Below, piece after piece: positions 1 to 9,931 of a stretch of 64,000 nt of DNA. Origin of the DNA: Marine Group III euryarchaeote CG-Bathy1 (lineage in GTDB: Archaea > Thermoplasmatota > Poseidoniia > MGIII > CG-Epi1); the NCBI GenBank assembly GCA_001875425.1, contig MIYU01000019.1, positions 763 to 64,762 of the forward strand. Direction: 5' to 3'. Numbering within the stretch: position 1 is the stretch's first letter; every line of letters begins with the position of its first letter. The notes beneath the pieces are model-generated. The model was not told the origin of the DNA and did not search any database. It saw only the letters and a list, made by a program, of their open reading frames with translations. Position numbers and translations under genes: made by a program.

Positions 1-557
1 AAACTTATGGACCGTTGAATCCTATATCTGAATATGGAAAAAGTAAGCTGGAAGCTGAAAGATTAATTGAAGAATATTGCGCAAAATTTGGATTTCGTGC
101 TGTATCTTTGAGATTTGCTAACTGTGTGGGTGCTAGAAGTAATCACGGTGTAACGTTCGATTTTGTTAACAAACTAAGAGATAATGATAAGGAATTGACA
201 ATTCTAGGAGATGGTTCGCAGAGTAAATCCTACTTTCATGTAGAGGATTGTGTTTCGAGTATGCTTGCAGTATTACCTACTGATATCTGTTCGGAAGGGG
301 AGTTTTGTGCGTTCAATGTTGGATCTGAAGATGCGATAGATGTTGTTGCTGTTGCAGATACTGTTTGTAATGCTATGAAGCTTGAAGGTGTTGGATATGA
401 ATTCACTGGCGGGGTTGATGGAGGAAGAGGTTGGAAGGGTGATGTGAAAACGATGCTTCTCTCTGTAGAGCTTCTAAAATCTAAAGGATGGAAACCTAAA
501 TTTGACAGTCAAGAAGCGGTGCATAGTACGGCAATGTGGTTGGCAGAAAGATATTAA
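1..557 (+). CDS. NAD-dependent epimerase/dehydratase (UDP-glucose 4-epimerase-like), 5'-truncated by window edge
   Basis: YGKSK (YxxxK) motif, LRFANCVG, GDGSQSKSYFHVED; frame is open back to the window start. Confidence 0.9.
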   Translation, partial: TYGPLNPISEYGKSKLEAERLIEEYCAKFGFRAVSLRFANCVGARSNHGVTFDFVNKLRDNDKELTILGDGSQSKSYFHVEDCVSSMLAVLPTDICSEGEFCAFNVGSEDAIDVVAVADTVCNAMKLEGVGYEFTGGVDGGRGWKGDVKTMLLSVELLKSKGWKPKFDSQEAVHSTAMWLAERY

Positions 558-579
558 TTTTATCGTTTGTGGACAAGTA

Positions 580-657
580 GCTCCTGTAGTGTAGTCCGGC
601 CCATCATTCTGGCTTCTCGAGCCAGGGACTCGGGTTCGAATCCCGACGGGAGCACCA
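580..657 (+). tRNA. tRNA-Glu(CTC)
   Basis: GCTCCTG...CGGGAGC acceptor stem, anticodon arm CTGGC-TTCTCGA-GCCAG, GTTCGAATC T-loop, encoded CCA. Confidence 0.97.
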
Positions 658-711
658 TTGTTCATTACTTAGAGTAAAGAATAATAGACAGCCCTTATTT
701 GGAAATTAAGA

Positions 712-3700
712 ATGTCTAGGAAAATATTCGTCTTTGGCCTTTGCACATCTCTGCTTATGGGTATGCTGTTCGTAGCGCCGGTATACGAAGCAGAGGGAGA
801 AGACGAGCATACTATTATCCAAATAGGCCCTGAAGAGCGAACTGCAGAGCTTAGAATTCCTGGTGGTTATAATCCAGAAGAGGGGTTGTTACCTCTTGTT
901 GTAGCGCTGCATGGGTATAGTAAATATCCAGGATATATTACAGGATATTTTCAAACACAAGATAGTGTTCATGAGAATGGTCATCTGCTTTTGACGCCTA
1001 AAGGAACTGAAAATCCAGATGGCTACTGGTTTTGGAATGGAACCGATGCCTGTTGTGACTTCTATGACCAGAAACCAGATGATGTCGGTTGGTTAACGGG
1101 ACTTATCGATGAAGCGATTGATGATCATGGAGCTGATCCTGAGAGAGTGATGCTGATTGGACATTCGAATGGGGGTTTCATGTCTCACCGAATGGCCTGT
1201 GATGCTGGCGACTATCTGCACACGATTGTTAATTTTGCTGGATCGACGTACAGTGACTTTGATGAATGTGCAGAGACAGGATATCCCAATATTATCAATG
1301 TTCATGGTACTGATGATGATGTCATCTACTACAATGGAGGATTCATTGGCAGCAATAGTTATCCTTCAGCTCCACAAAGTACTTCTTTCTGGGCAGAACG
1401 CTCCGGTTGTGAAGAGGGATCGACGTTTATTCGTGAAATGAATCTTGCAAACAATGATGAGGAACCTGAGACTGAGGATTTAGAGCATCTAAGTTGTGAC
1501 AAAGACAATCGCGTTGCGTTATGGAAAGTGAATGGTGAAGCCCACATGCCTGATTTCTATGATGCTTCGCTAATTAATGCATCTTTTGAATGGGCATTTG
1601 TAGAATCGACAGATGGTGAAACGATTGTTAAAAATGACGCGCCTGAGGCGGAAAATTACAGTCTGATTTATGAATTAGAGATACCGAATGGAGCGAATTT
1701 CAATAGCAATGGTATCAACTATACAGAAGATTACAGTGATACAGTCAATTACACTTTTAGTCGTGTTGCATACCATTTAGAATTAGAACGGGAAGATGAA
1801 GAGCGGGTTTTTGTCTTCGTATCGATGCCTAGTCTGACTCTTTCAGTGGAAGAGATAGGAGTTCCTCATATTGGAGCGGGTTTTACGTATCAACAACTCG
1901 TTGAAGATTTGCATATAGAATCGAACCATCCAGAGCTTAGAAATTTAGGAATTATCGATACAGGCTCTATTGAATTCTGGCCCGGTAACTACGGTACTTG
2001 GAATACGATGGCAGTTCCGGGGGCGAGTAATGATCTGTATGATGCAGGAGATACTGCGGTAGAAGGGAGTGGTTATGGTAGTATGCAGATTCATGATTAT
2101 GAATCTGGTCAAACTCTCTTTGCTTACAACTCTTGGGGTAATGGGGGTGAAGATGATCTCGGTATTGGTAATAATTTGAACACTGATGGGCATCCAGATT
2201 GGACGTTTGAATCGAATACCCCTAATTACATTCTGAAAACTTTGCGTGTGCTTATTCAACCTGGACCAACACCAGATGGACTTTCGGTGAATCTTAGTTC
2301 GCCTGAATCGCATCAAATAGTGCAAAGACAGGAAAATAATATGGGTACTATTCCAATTTCTGGAACTATGAATATTGCTTGTGATTTCATTGAAGCGCGT
2401 GTCGTACCGATTGAAATGTTTTCAGATAATAGTATTGAATCGAATTGGATAACTATTGTTGAATCGGAAAAATCTACTGGTTCAACTTTTTTTGGACTTA
2501 TAGAGGTTGAAGCTGGATGGTATGATTTAGAAATTCGTATTTCTAATAATGAAACTTTAATTGATAATTTTACTGTTTCACCGATAGGTGTTGGTGAAGT
2601 GTTCATTACGGCTGGGCAGTCAAATTCGGCTAATCACGGCGATCCGATTCTTTCGCCTTCCGACCCACGAGTAAGTGCTTGGGGTGACGAAAGTGGATGG
2701 CAATTTGCAACTGACCCTCAACCAATTGCAACTGGTGGCGGAGGTACGCCTTGGCCTGTTCTTGGCGATATGTTGGTTGAGCGATACAATGTGCCAGTTG
2801 GATTCATCTCTGTTGGTTGGGGTGGAACTGCAGTTTCTCAATGGACTCCTGAAGGTGGGCTTTTCGATCGTATAATTCTCGCTCTTGATGAGGTTGGATT
2901 CATGGGGGTGCGTGCTGTGCTCTGGCATCAAGGAGAGAGTGACATGGTCGGTGGTACCAGTACAGAAGATTATATCGATACATTGAATGAAGTAATTACT
3001 GCTAGTCGGATTGAGGCTGGTTGGCAACTTCCATGGATTGTAGCGCGTGCCTCTTACATCCCAGGTTATGATGATGAAAATCTTGAGCGGATTGTCTCTG
3101 CTCAACAGGCAGTTATTGATTCTGATCCGCATACATATGAAGGACCGTACACTGATAATCTAACGGGTGATGAATGGCGGTGGGATACTGTTCATTTTAG
3201 TGAAGCTGGACTTATTGAACATGCTACACGGTGGGATATTTCTATCGCTAATGCAATGTTGGAGCTTTTTGTTTGGGATGAAGATGGTAATGAAACCATC
3301 ACTGTGAATCATGTGATTCTGGTTGACATACCTCCACATCCAGAGTGGGAATGGGATTATAGTTACCAGATTGAGGTAAATGATCTTCATATGAATGTAG
3401 ATTACATTGCTGTGATTCTAATTAAGAAAGTTGGTGATGACGAGTGGGAGGGGCTAGATTGGTGGTGGGATGATATCGAAAGAGATGATGACCAATACAA
3501 TTTCACAATTTCATTACAGAGAGGATGCTATCACATTAATGCTAATCTCTATGAAAGTGGTGCTCTCAATTCAGACGAAGAAAATGCTACAGTCTTGGCA
3601 TTTGATTACTTGAACTTTACGGTTGGAAATGGCACATGTACCAATGGTGTTTACTCTGAAGATATAATAGAAATCGACGATTCTGACAATGATGGTGTTG

Positions 3701-3882
3701 AAGATGTTGATGATCGATGCCCTGATACAGCTGAAGGGGCAGAGGTTGATGGAGATGGATGTGCTGCTTCATGTTGTATCCTAGATGAAGGTGACGAGAG
3801 GAGATGGATACCCGGTTTTGGCATATTTACTACGATAATAGCGGTTGCTCTTGCAATAGGAAAGTTCAAACGAAGATATTGA
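712..3882 (+). CDS. Exported multidomain esterase: PHB-depolymerase/LpqC-like alpha/beta hydrolase + SASA (sialate O-acetylesterase-like SGNH) domain + Ca-binding repeat + PGF-CTERM anchor
   Basis: Signal peptide; VVALHG and GHSNGG nucleophile elbow; AGQSN, WHQGESD, DTVH; DSDNDGVEDVDDRCPDT; C-terminal IPGF + TM + KFKRRY. Confidence 0.82.
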   Translation: MSRKIFVFGLCTSLLMGMLFVAPVYEAEGEDEHTIIQIGPEERTAELRIPGGYNPEEGLLPLVVALHGYSKYPGYITGYFQTQDSVHENGHLLLTPKGTENPDGYWFWNGTDACCDFYDQKPDDVGWLTGLIDEAIDDHGADPERVMLIGHSNGGFMSHRMACDAGDYLHTIVNFAGSTYSDFDECAETGYPNIINVHGTDDDVIYYNGGFIGSNSYPSAPQSTSFWAERSGCEEGSTFIREMNLANNDEEPETEDLEHLSCDKDNRVALWKVNGEAHMPDFYDASLINASFEWAFVESTDGETIVKNDAPEAENYSLIYELEIPNGANFNSNGINYTEDYSDTVNYTFSRVAYHLELEREDEERVFVFVSMPSLTLSVEEIGVPHIGAGFTYQQLVEDLHIESNHPELRNLGIIDTGSIEFWPGNYGTWNTMAVPGASNDLYDAGDTAVEGSGYGSMQIHDYESGQTLFAYNSWGNGGEDDLGIGNNLNTDGHPDWTFESNTPNYILKTLRVLIQPGPTPDGLSVNLSSPESHQIVQRQENNMGTIPISGTMNIACDFIEARVVPIEMFSDNSIESNWITIVESEKSTGSTFFGLIEVEAGWYDLEIRISNNETLIDNFTVSPIGVGEVFITAGQSNSANHGDPILSPSDPRVSAWGDESGWQFATDPQPIATGGGGTPWPVLGDMLVERYNVPVGFISVGWGGTAVSQWTPEGGLFDRIILALDEVGFMGVRAVLWHQGESDMVGGTSTEDYIDTLNEVITASRIEAGWQLPWIVARASYIPGYDDENLERIVSAQQAVIDSDPHTYEGPYTDNLTGDEWRWDTVHFSEAGLIEHATRWDISIANAMLELFVWDEDGNETITVNHVILVDIPPHPEWEWDYSYQIEVNDLHMNVDYIAVILIKKVGDDEWEGLDWWWDDIERDDDQYNFTISLQRGCYHINANLYESGALNSDEENATVLAFDYLNFTVGNGTCTNGVYSEDIIEIDDSDNDGVEDVDDRCPDTAEGAEVDGDGCAASCCILDEGDERRWIPGFGIFTTIIAVALAIGKFKRRY

Positions 3883-5394
3883 TTATCTTCTTTTCTTAGA
3901 GTGTTTTTTATTGAATCGGTGTTTTTTATTGGAGTTTTGGCTTTGATTCTTTTTACCGAATTTATTTTTATTTTTCTTAAAGGAAGAAGCTTTTTCGACC
4001 TGTTGCTTGACGTTGTTTTGAACGTTTGACCCCTCGGAATTCTTTGGTTTTCCTCTAAATCTTCCTCCGGAGTTCTTTGGTTTTCCTCTAAATCTCCCCC
4101 CGGTATTTTTTGGTTTTTCTCTATATCTTCCCTCAGTATTCTTTGGTTTTCCTCTAAATCTTCCCCCGGAGTTCTTTGGTTTTCCTCTAAATCTTGAACG
4201 GCCTCGTCTTCTTTTATTCGTTAAAGGACTACTAGCCATTCTTCTTGGTCGTTTAGGAGGAGTATACTTTACTTTCTCTGGTAATTTATCGAATTCAGGA
4301 GGAGTGAAATTGATTTTGATTCCTACCTGTCTTTGGATTTTATTAATATCGTTTTTCTGTGGATTCTGAACAAAAGAAATAACAGAGCCGTGGGCTCCGG
4401 CCCTTGCTGTTCTGCCACTACGGTGTTTGTATGCTTTACCGTTTTCAGGGGGATCGTAATGAATTACACATTGAACCCCTTCAACATCAATTCCTCGTGC
4501 AGCAACATCCGTAGCGACTAGAGCTGTGCAATCACCATAGATGAATTGATTCATCGCTCTGTCACGTTGATTCTGACTAAGCCCTCCATGGATTACGGCC
4601 ACGTTTAGATCTTCAGCTCTCAATTCTTTTCCAACACGATCGACTCCTCTACGTGTACGGCAGAAAATCATACTGCGGCCACCTTTCTTTACGGCGTCAC
4701 GAGCTATTTTTGATTTTTTAGTATTAGAAGTTAACCAGAAGAAATGTTGCATGCTTTCCATTGAGACTTCTTTTGGTCCAACGTTGATTTTAACCGGCTT
4801 CTTTTGATATTTTTTAACTAGAGTAGAAACGTCGTCATCTAAAGTTGCACTAAACAAAATAGTTTGGCGGCCCTTAGAACAATTATCCAAAATATGACAT
4901 ACTGGATCGATAAACCCCATATCTGCCATACGGTCTGCTTCATCTAAAACGACAGCGTTAACATCATTCAAATGAATCATTTTGTTTTCCATTAAATCAA
5001 TTAATCTGCCGGGTGTTGCCACGACAATATCGACGCCTTTTTTGAGTCTTTGACGTTGTTTGCCATAAGAAGTTCCTCCATAGATTGCCAATACATTCAA
5101 TTTGATTTGTTTTGCTAAAGGCTCTAAAACATTACTGATTTGTTCTGCTAATTCCCTAGTTGGTGTAACGATTAAAGTTGTAGGATAATGAGGGTGGGCT
5201 GGTTTACAATTAGTGAGGAGTGGTAAACCGAACGCAAGAGTTTTTCCAGAACCTGTAGGACTTCTACAACAGACGTCGTTCCCATCGAGTATACTAGGTA
5301 TAGATTTGGCTTGAACCTCAAATGGTTCTGTAATGCCTTGTTCTTTCAGGACATTAACAATAGATGGCACTATGCCGAGTTTCGAAAAACTCAA
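3883..5394 (-). CDS. DEAD-box ATP-dependent RNA helicase with basic repetitive C-terminal tail
   Basis: Q motif, SPTGSGKT, PTRELA, TPGR, DEAD, SAT, ARGID, HRSGRTAR. Confidence 0.96.
   Translation of the reverse strand: MSFSKLGIVPSIVNVLKEQGITEPFEVQAKSIPSILDGNDVCCRSPTGSGKTLAFGLPLLTNCKPAHPHYPTTLIVTPTRELAEQISNVLEPLAKQIKLNVLAIYGGTSYGKQRQRLKKGVDIVVATPGRLIDLMENKMIHLNDVNAVVLDEADRMADMGFIDPVCHILDNCSKGRQTILFSATLDDDVSTLVKKYQKKPVKINVGPKEVSMESMQHFFWLTSNTKKSKIARDAVKKGGRSMIFCRTRRGVDRVGKELRAEDLNVAVIHGGLSQNQRDRAMNQFIYGDCTALVATDVAARGIDVEGVQCVIHYDPPENGKAYKHRSGRTARAGAHGSVISFVQNPQKNDINKIQRQVGIKINFTPPEFDKLPEKVKYTPPKRPRRMASSPLTNKRRRGRSRFRGKPKNSGGRFRGKPKNTEGRYREKPKNTGGRFRGKPKNSGGRFRGKPKNSEGSNVQNNVKQQVEKASSFKKNKNKFGKKNQSQNSNKKHRFNKKHSKKRR
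4033..4197. repeat. About five in-frame 33-bp tandem repeats encoding RFRGKPKNSGG-like units
   Basis: Repeated ttctttggttttcctctaaatc core at 33-bp period inside the helicase tail. Confidence 0.9.
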
Positions 5395-5519
5395 AATAAG
5401 TGACGTCCTGAAGAAATTCTCATATTTTGCGACGAAGGGGGCTCTATATTATATGAGTACTAGAAGTAATTAGAGAGAAAGAAGTTAAATACGAGTTAAC
5501 AACGTCCAATTTAGATACT

Positions 5520-5918
5520 ATGGCCAAGATTCGTCATGTAGCTGTAGCTGTGGATTCTATTGAAGCGAGTTTGCCTATTTGGAAAGTTTTTGGAATAGAT
5601 TTGGCTCATGAAGAAGACGTTGAATCGGAGAAAGTACGAACGGCCCATCTAAAATTAGAAGGTGGAAACATTGAATTGTTAGAGCCTTTAGAAAATGATT
5701 CTTTAGTAAGTAATTTTCTCGAACGTCGTGGTGGTGGATTACATCATATCGCCATAGAGGTAGAAGATATTGATGAAATCATTGAGAAGGGGCTTAAAAT
5801 CGGTTTGAAGCCGATAGGTGAAGCACCTAGAGCTGGTGCTGAGAATTGTTTGGTAGCATTTTATCATCCTAAAGATACTGGTGGTGTATTGATTGAAATT
5901 GTACAACCTACCACATAG
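5520..5918 (+). CDS. mce: Methylmalonyl-CoA epimerase (VOC family)
   Basis: HVAVAV, IELLEP, GGGLHHIAIEV, FYHPKDTGGVLIE. Confidence 0.9.
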   Translation: MAKIRHVAVAVDSIEASLPIWKVFGIDLAHEEDVESEKVRTAHLKLEGGNIELLEPLENDSLVSNFLERRGGGLHHIAIEVEDIDEIIEKGLKIGLKPIGEAPRAGAENCLVAFYHPKDTGGVLIEIVQPTT

Positions 5919-6015
5919 ATGTTTAATGTCCGTATAACTAAGCAAACAGAGAGAGTGGTTTAATCTGTCTAAAGTTCGTACCTCAGTTTATCGTCAAACG
6001 CCGACACCCGGTGGT

Positions 6016-8088
6016 TTGAAAGCGATTGAAGATGGTACATTAGAATATTTTGATACTGAAATGTATTCTAATTTTAACACTGAAGTTTTAGAAGAATATT
6101 TAGAAGAAAAAACAAGAAAAAGTGGTTTTGGTTCTACTACATGGAAATGGAATCAGGTTCAACTCGGTTTGATTATAGGAATTATATTTGCTATAATCAA
6201 TCAATATGTTGGTCTGAAAGTTGGTATGATTGTGTCCGGTTCATGGTATGTGGCATATCTAGCTGCGATGGCTCTTAAATGGACGCCGGGAGAGGTGAAT
6301 ATTTCTGCATCTACCTCCACAGGTGCGGCGATGGTTTGTACCGGTTTTGTTTTCACATATCCTGCAATTTATCTTCTAGCATATTCACCAAAATATCAAA
6401 TGAGCGATGGATCATATTTGATTGATTCTGCGTTACTTTTACCGAATTCGTGGGCTCTTGCAGGTATTGCATTGGTGGCATCGATATTAGGGGGGTTTTT
6501 GGGAGTTCTTTATTTCATCATATTCAGAAGGGTGTGGTTAGTTGAAGACCCTCTCCCTCTCCCCGGTTTCGAAGCTAGTGTAAAATTAATGGATATCGCT
6601 CAAGAAACTTCAACCGGTTCTGTAGAGTCTGCAAAACAGTCCATATTTCTTGTTGGTATCTCTTCACTAATTGTAGGCGCTTTTACTTTCTTTAGGGATT
6701 TTCCTCTCTTCAAAACTGGTGTAGTTGATGTAGCAGGTGATGCTGTAAAAATTTCAGCAATGGATAAGATTGCCAATACAATTGGTATTGAAAGATTTTA
6801 CAATGCGGGAGATATCATGGTTCCGTTTGACAATGCTTTAACAAAATACACTTGGTTAGGTTTCAACTTAACGCCGATGATGATTGCTATTGGTTGGTTT
6901 ATGAAATTCAGAGTTGCTTTGTTAGTTAGTTTGGGAACGTTTTTTACTTGGTTTGTTGTAACTCCTCTCGCTGCAATATTTGGTTATCCATTTTACTACC
7001 CAATAGATGGTGCTTATCATTCAGTGACTGATTATGGGACTTTGGCATCTCTCTATTCCTATAGTTATGTAGCGCGTCCTATGGCTATTGGAGCGATTTT
7101 AGGTGGAGGAATAACCGGGCTTCTCAAAATGGCACCAGTTTTCAAAACGACTGCAGCAGATGTGATAGAGATTGTGAGACCGTCTGGAGATGGAGAAGGA
7201 TCTAGAAAAGATTACATTGAAGGGAGGGGTTGGTATGAATGGCCAATTACTCATATCTTGATGATTTTGATTGTGACTTTGGTTGGAGTTACTTTGGTAT
7301 TTACTCCTCAATTTGGTCTCATTCCATCATTTTTCTTTGCACTTATTCTCTGTCTAACGACTTTTGCATTGGGTGCTATTGCTGTTAAAGTGATGGGAGA
7401 AACCAGTATTGAGCCGGTCTCTGGAACTAGCTTTATCGTGCTCCTAATGCTTGTTTTATTGTTCGATAAAATTCTTGGCCTAAGTGTAAGTGAAACTGCT
7501 TTGCTTGCTTTAGTTGGAACGACTGTGTTTGGTGGGGCGATATCTATGTCTGGAACGGTTATTGGTGATTACAAAGCGGCACTCTATGTTGGAAATCGTC
7601 CTATGCATATTATGAAAACTGAATTGGTTGGTATAATTCCCGGTACGATAGTGTCTGCTCTTTTTGCTGGTTTACTTTCCCTTGCTCTAGCGAAGGAAGA
7701 ATTGATACTGTATGCACCTCAAGCCAATGCATTTGCTGCTTTTGCACAAATAATGCTTGGTGGTGAAACTCCGTGGATGTTGTTGACTATCGGTTTCTTC
7801 ATCGGTATTTTTATGGAATTGTTAACCGGTATGGGTACTGCGTTTGGTCTTGGAATGTATCTTCCTATGGTTGTAACACTACCGATGGTTGTTGGTGGAG
7901 CATTGAGAGACTGGTGGGAAACTACAATTTTAGATCGGGATGTAGAGAGATTGGGTTTAACGGAAAAAGAGCGAACTTTGCGATTATTGAACACATATAT
8001 GATTGCAACGGGATTGATTGTGGGGGAGGCTGTAATGGGCACTCTCCTAGCAATATACTATGTATGGCCTCTTTTAGGTGGAGTTTAA
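6016..8088 (+). CDS. OPT/YSL family oligopeptide transporter (start may lie upstream, near 5965)
   Basis: NQYVGLKVG, FTYPA, LPLPGFEA, EPVSG, APQA, FGLGMYLP; many TM helices. Confidence 0.9.
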   Translation: MKAIEDGTLEYFDTEMYSNFNTEVLEEYLEEKTRKSGFGSTTWKWNQVQLGLIIGIIFAIINQYVGLKVGMIVSGSWYVAYLAAMALKWTPGEVNISASTSTGAAMVCTGFVFTYPAIYLLAYSPKYQMSDGSYLIDSALLLPNSWALAGIALVASILGGFLGVLYFIIFRRVWLVEDPLPLPGFEASVKLMDIAQETSTGSVESAKQSIFLVGISSLIVGAFTFFRDFPLFKTGVVDVAGDAVKISAMDKIANTIGIERFYNAGDIMVPFDNALTKYTWLGFNLTPMMIAIGWFMKFRVALLVSLGTFFTWFVVTPLAAIFGYPFYYPIDGAYHSVTDYGTLASLYSYSYVARPMAIGAILGGGITGLLKMAPVFKTTAADVIEIVRPSGDGEGSRKDYIEGRGWYEWPITHILMILIVTLVGVTLVFTPQFGLIPSFFFALILCLTTFALGAIAVKVMGETSIEPVSGTSFIVLLMLVLLFDKILGLSVSETALLALVGTTVFGGAISMSGTVIGDYKAALYVGNRPMHIMKTELVGIIPGTIVSALFAGLLSLALAKEELILYAPQANAFAAFAQIMLGGETPWMLLTIGFFIGIFMELLTGMGTAFGLGMYLPMVVTLPMVVGGALRDWWETTILDRDVERLGLTEKERTLRLLNTYMIATGLIVGEAVMGTLLAIYYVWPLLGGV

Positions 8089-8145
8089 AACGAAGAAAAT
8101 CCTCTTATAATGGCAAGAGTGGTTTGGTGAGGAGTTTAACTAACA

Positions 8146-8574
8146 ATGGCAAGAGAAGAATACGAAACACCGTTGATTGATGCTTACAATAGAGTTCATC
8201 AAGATGCTTTAAGCGGGGATGGAAGTTGGTTTCATAGATTTCTTCCGCCTGGGGTTTTTATCGAGAAATTAGATGAAGAATTAGAAGAGAAATTGATTGC
8301 CGTATACAATCAATGTGAATTAAAGGCCGAAGGTTTTTTTGAAGAACTTGTAAAAAAAGAGATGGATGGAGTTTTTCAAGAAGTTACTCCGGTTGATTTG
8401 CGAACAGTTTTGCCAAAAAAACCCGTTCCCGTACAATGGGCCACATTAGGAATAGATGAACAAAAAGAGATTCAAAGAATATATGATGAAGCGAAAGAAG
8501 ATGGTGTTAGTGATCCGACTCTGAAAAAGAGAGTTAGAAAATATCTTCTGGATGCATACATACTTGAGGATTGA
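8146..8574 (+). CDS. Hypothetical acidic protein, first gene of KaiC-like cluster
   Basis: 142-aa ORF with GAGGAG Shine-Dalgarno; stop overlaps next start. Confidence 0.75.
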   Translation: MAREEYETPLIDAYNRVHQDALSGDGSWFHRFLPPGVFIEKLDEELEEKLIAVYNQCELKAEGFFEELVKKEMDGVFQEVTPVDLRTVLPKKPVPVQWATLGIDEQKEIQRIYDEAKEDGVSDPTLKKRVRKYLLDAYILED

Positions 8575-9383
8575 AAATGGCTAAAAGTAAAAAAAGTCCT
8601 GGTTTAGAGATTGACCCACGTGGAGGAACTCCACGAGAAAAATGTGAAACTAAAATAACTGGACTAGACACCATCCTTAACGGTGGTTTACCACTTGGAA
8701 ATACGGTGCTGCTTGCTGGAACTGTTGGTTCTGGTAAAACAACAATGGCTATGGAGTTTCTAATTAATGGAGCGAAACGAGGTGAAACTACTTGTTTTAT
8801 TTCTGTAACAGAGCCGGCTTCTAAACTTTTGGAGAATTTGAGAACGTATGGTTTCTTTGATGATGAAATCATTAAAGAAGGAAAATTAAATATTTTTGAT
8901 TATCAAATAATTCGTGATCGTTTAGGTGTAGAAACGAATGAATATACTGCTCGTGACATGGAAGCCTTGTTGAGTGCTTTTGAAGATATTGTTGATGAAC
9001 TAGGAGCAACTAGATTGGTAATTGATTCTATTACCGCTATTTGTTATCAGATGCCAAGTCCTGGAGTTATACGAAATTTTGTTTTTAGATTAGGACAATT
9101 CTTAAGCTCTTTTGGTTGTACAACTTTATTAATTTCAGAAACAGTTGTAGAGGGGATGATTCAGAAATATTCTGTTTTTGGTGTGGAGGAAGCGGTAGCT
9201 GATGGGATTATTCTATTGGGTAATATTAATCGAAAAGGGGATTTGCTCAGAAGTTTACAAGTTGTTAAAATGAGAGGTACAAAACATTCTCGTTCTCGAC
9301 ATGTGGTTGAATTAACACCTATGGGATTATCTATCGTTCCACTCCTAAAATGGGGTAGTGAAGATAATCAGAGGTTTGGATGA
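8571..9383 (+). CDS. Single-domain KaiC-like (RecA superfamily) ATPase
   Basis: GTVGSGKT Walker A, LVIDS Walker B, VADGII, KMRG; ATG at 8577 is an alternative start. Confidence 0.92.
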   Translation: MKMAKSKKSPGLEIDPRGGTPREKCETKITGLDTILNGGLPLGNTVLLAGTVGSGKTTMAMEFLINGAKRGETTCFISVTEPASKLLENLRTYGFFDDEIIKEGKLNIFDYQIIRDRLGVETNEYTARDMEALLSAFEDIVDELGATRLVIDSITAICYQMPSPGVIRNFVFRLGQFLSSFGCTTLLISETVVEGMIQKYSVFGVEEAVADGIILLGNINRKGDLLRSLQVVKMRGTKHSRSRHVVELTPMGLSIVPLLKWGSEDNQRFG

Positions 9384-9931
9384 GCAAGGTAACTGATAAA
9401 ATTGCGGCCAGTGTCAAAGCTGGTAATTTGATAACTGTTTGTTCTATAGGCATTAATGAATATGAAGATGTTACAAATGAAATTGCAAATAAATTATTGA
9501 AAGAAGAAATGGGTGGTGCATACATTACTGCTTCTCGCCCCGCTTCCATATTATCTAAAAATATTGATGTTGGGCATTCTGAGTTTTACTTCGTTGATAT
9601 GATATCTCAAAACATAGGCGGTTCTATGACCGATCCAAGAACTTCATATATCGAATCTCCAACAATGTTGGAATCTGTTATTTTGAATCTAGATTTAGTT
9701 ATGCGTAGATTAAGAACTAAAAATAATTTCATGATCTTAGATTCTATTAACAATCTAGCGATTCACTCCGATCATAGAATATTAGAGGAATTTGTACATG
9801 TTGTAGTTAATAAAATGAAGTTGAAAGAGGTTGCTAGTATATTATTTAGTGTTAAAGAACAGACGCCTGATGAGTTGACAAACATTCTAAAATTGCTGTC
9901 CGATACGTTTGTAGAAGGAGAAGAAGAATAA
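9380..9931 (+). CDS. Degenerate KaiC/DUF835-like protein
   Basis: ILDSINNL Walker B-like motif and LSDTFVE end; no Walker A. Confidence 0.65.
   Translation: MSKVTDKIAASVKAGNLITVCSIGINEYEDVTNEIANKLLKEEMGGAYITASRPASILSKNIDVGHSEFYFVDMISQNIGGSMTDPRTSYIESPTMLESVILNLDLVMRRLRTKNNFMILDSINNLAIHSDHRILEEFVHVVVNKMKLKEVASILFSVKEQTPDELTNILKLLSDTFVEGEEE

Noticed and set aside
474-665. Short ORFs over tRNAs (474-665, 11332-11526, 35755-36066)
   Set aside because: They overlap well-formed tRNA genes and are spurious translations
4033-4197. 33-bp repeats as a CRISPR array
   Set aside because: Tandem, in frame inside a CDS, and no unique spacers
580-5394. Integrated element at tRNA-Glu
   Set aside because: No integrase, and I found no duplicated tRNA 3' end by eye
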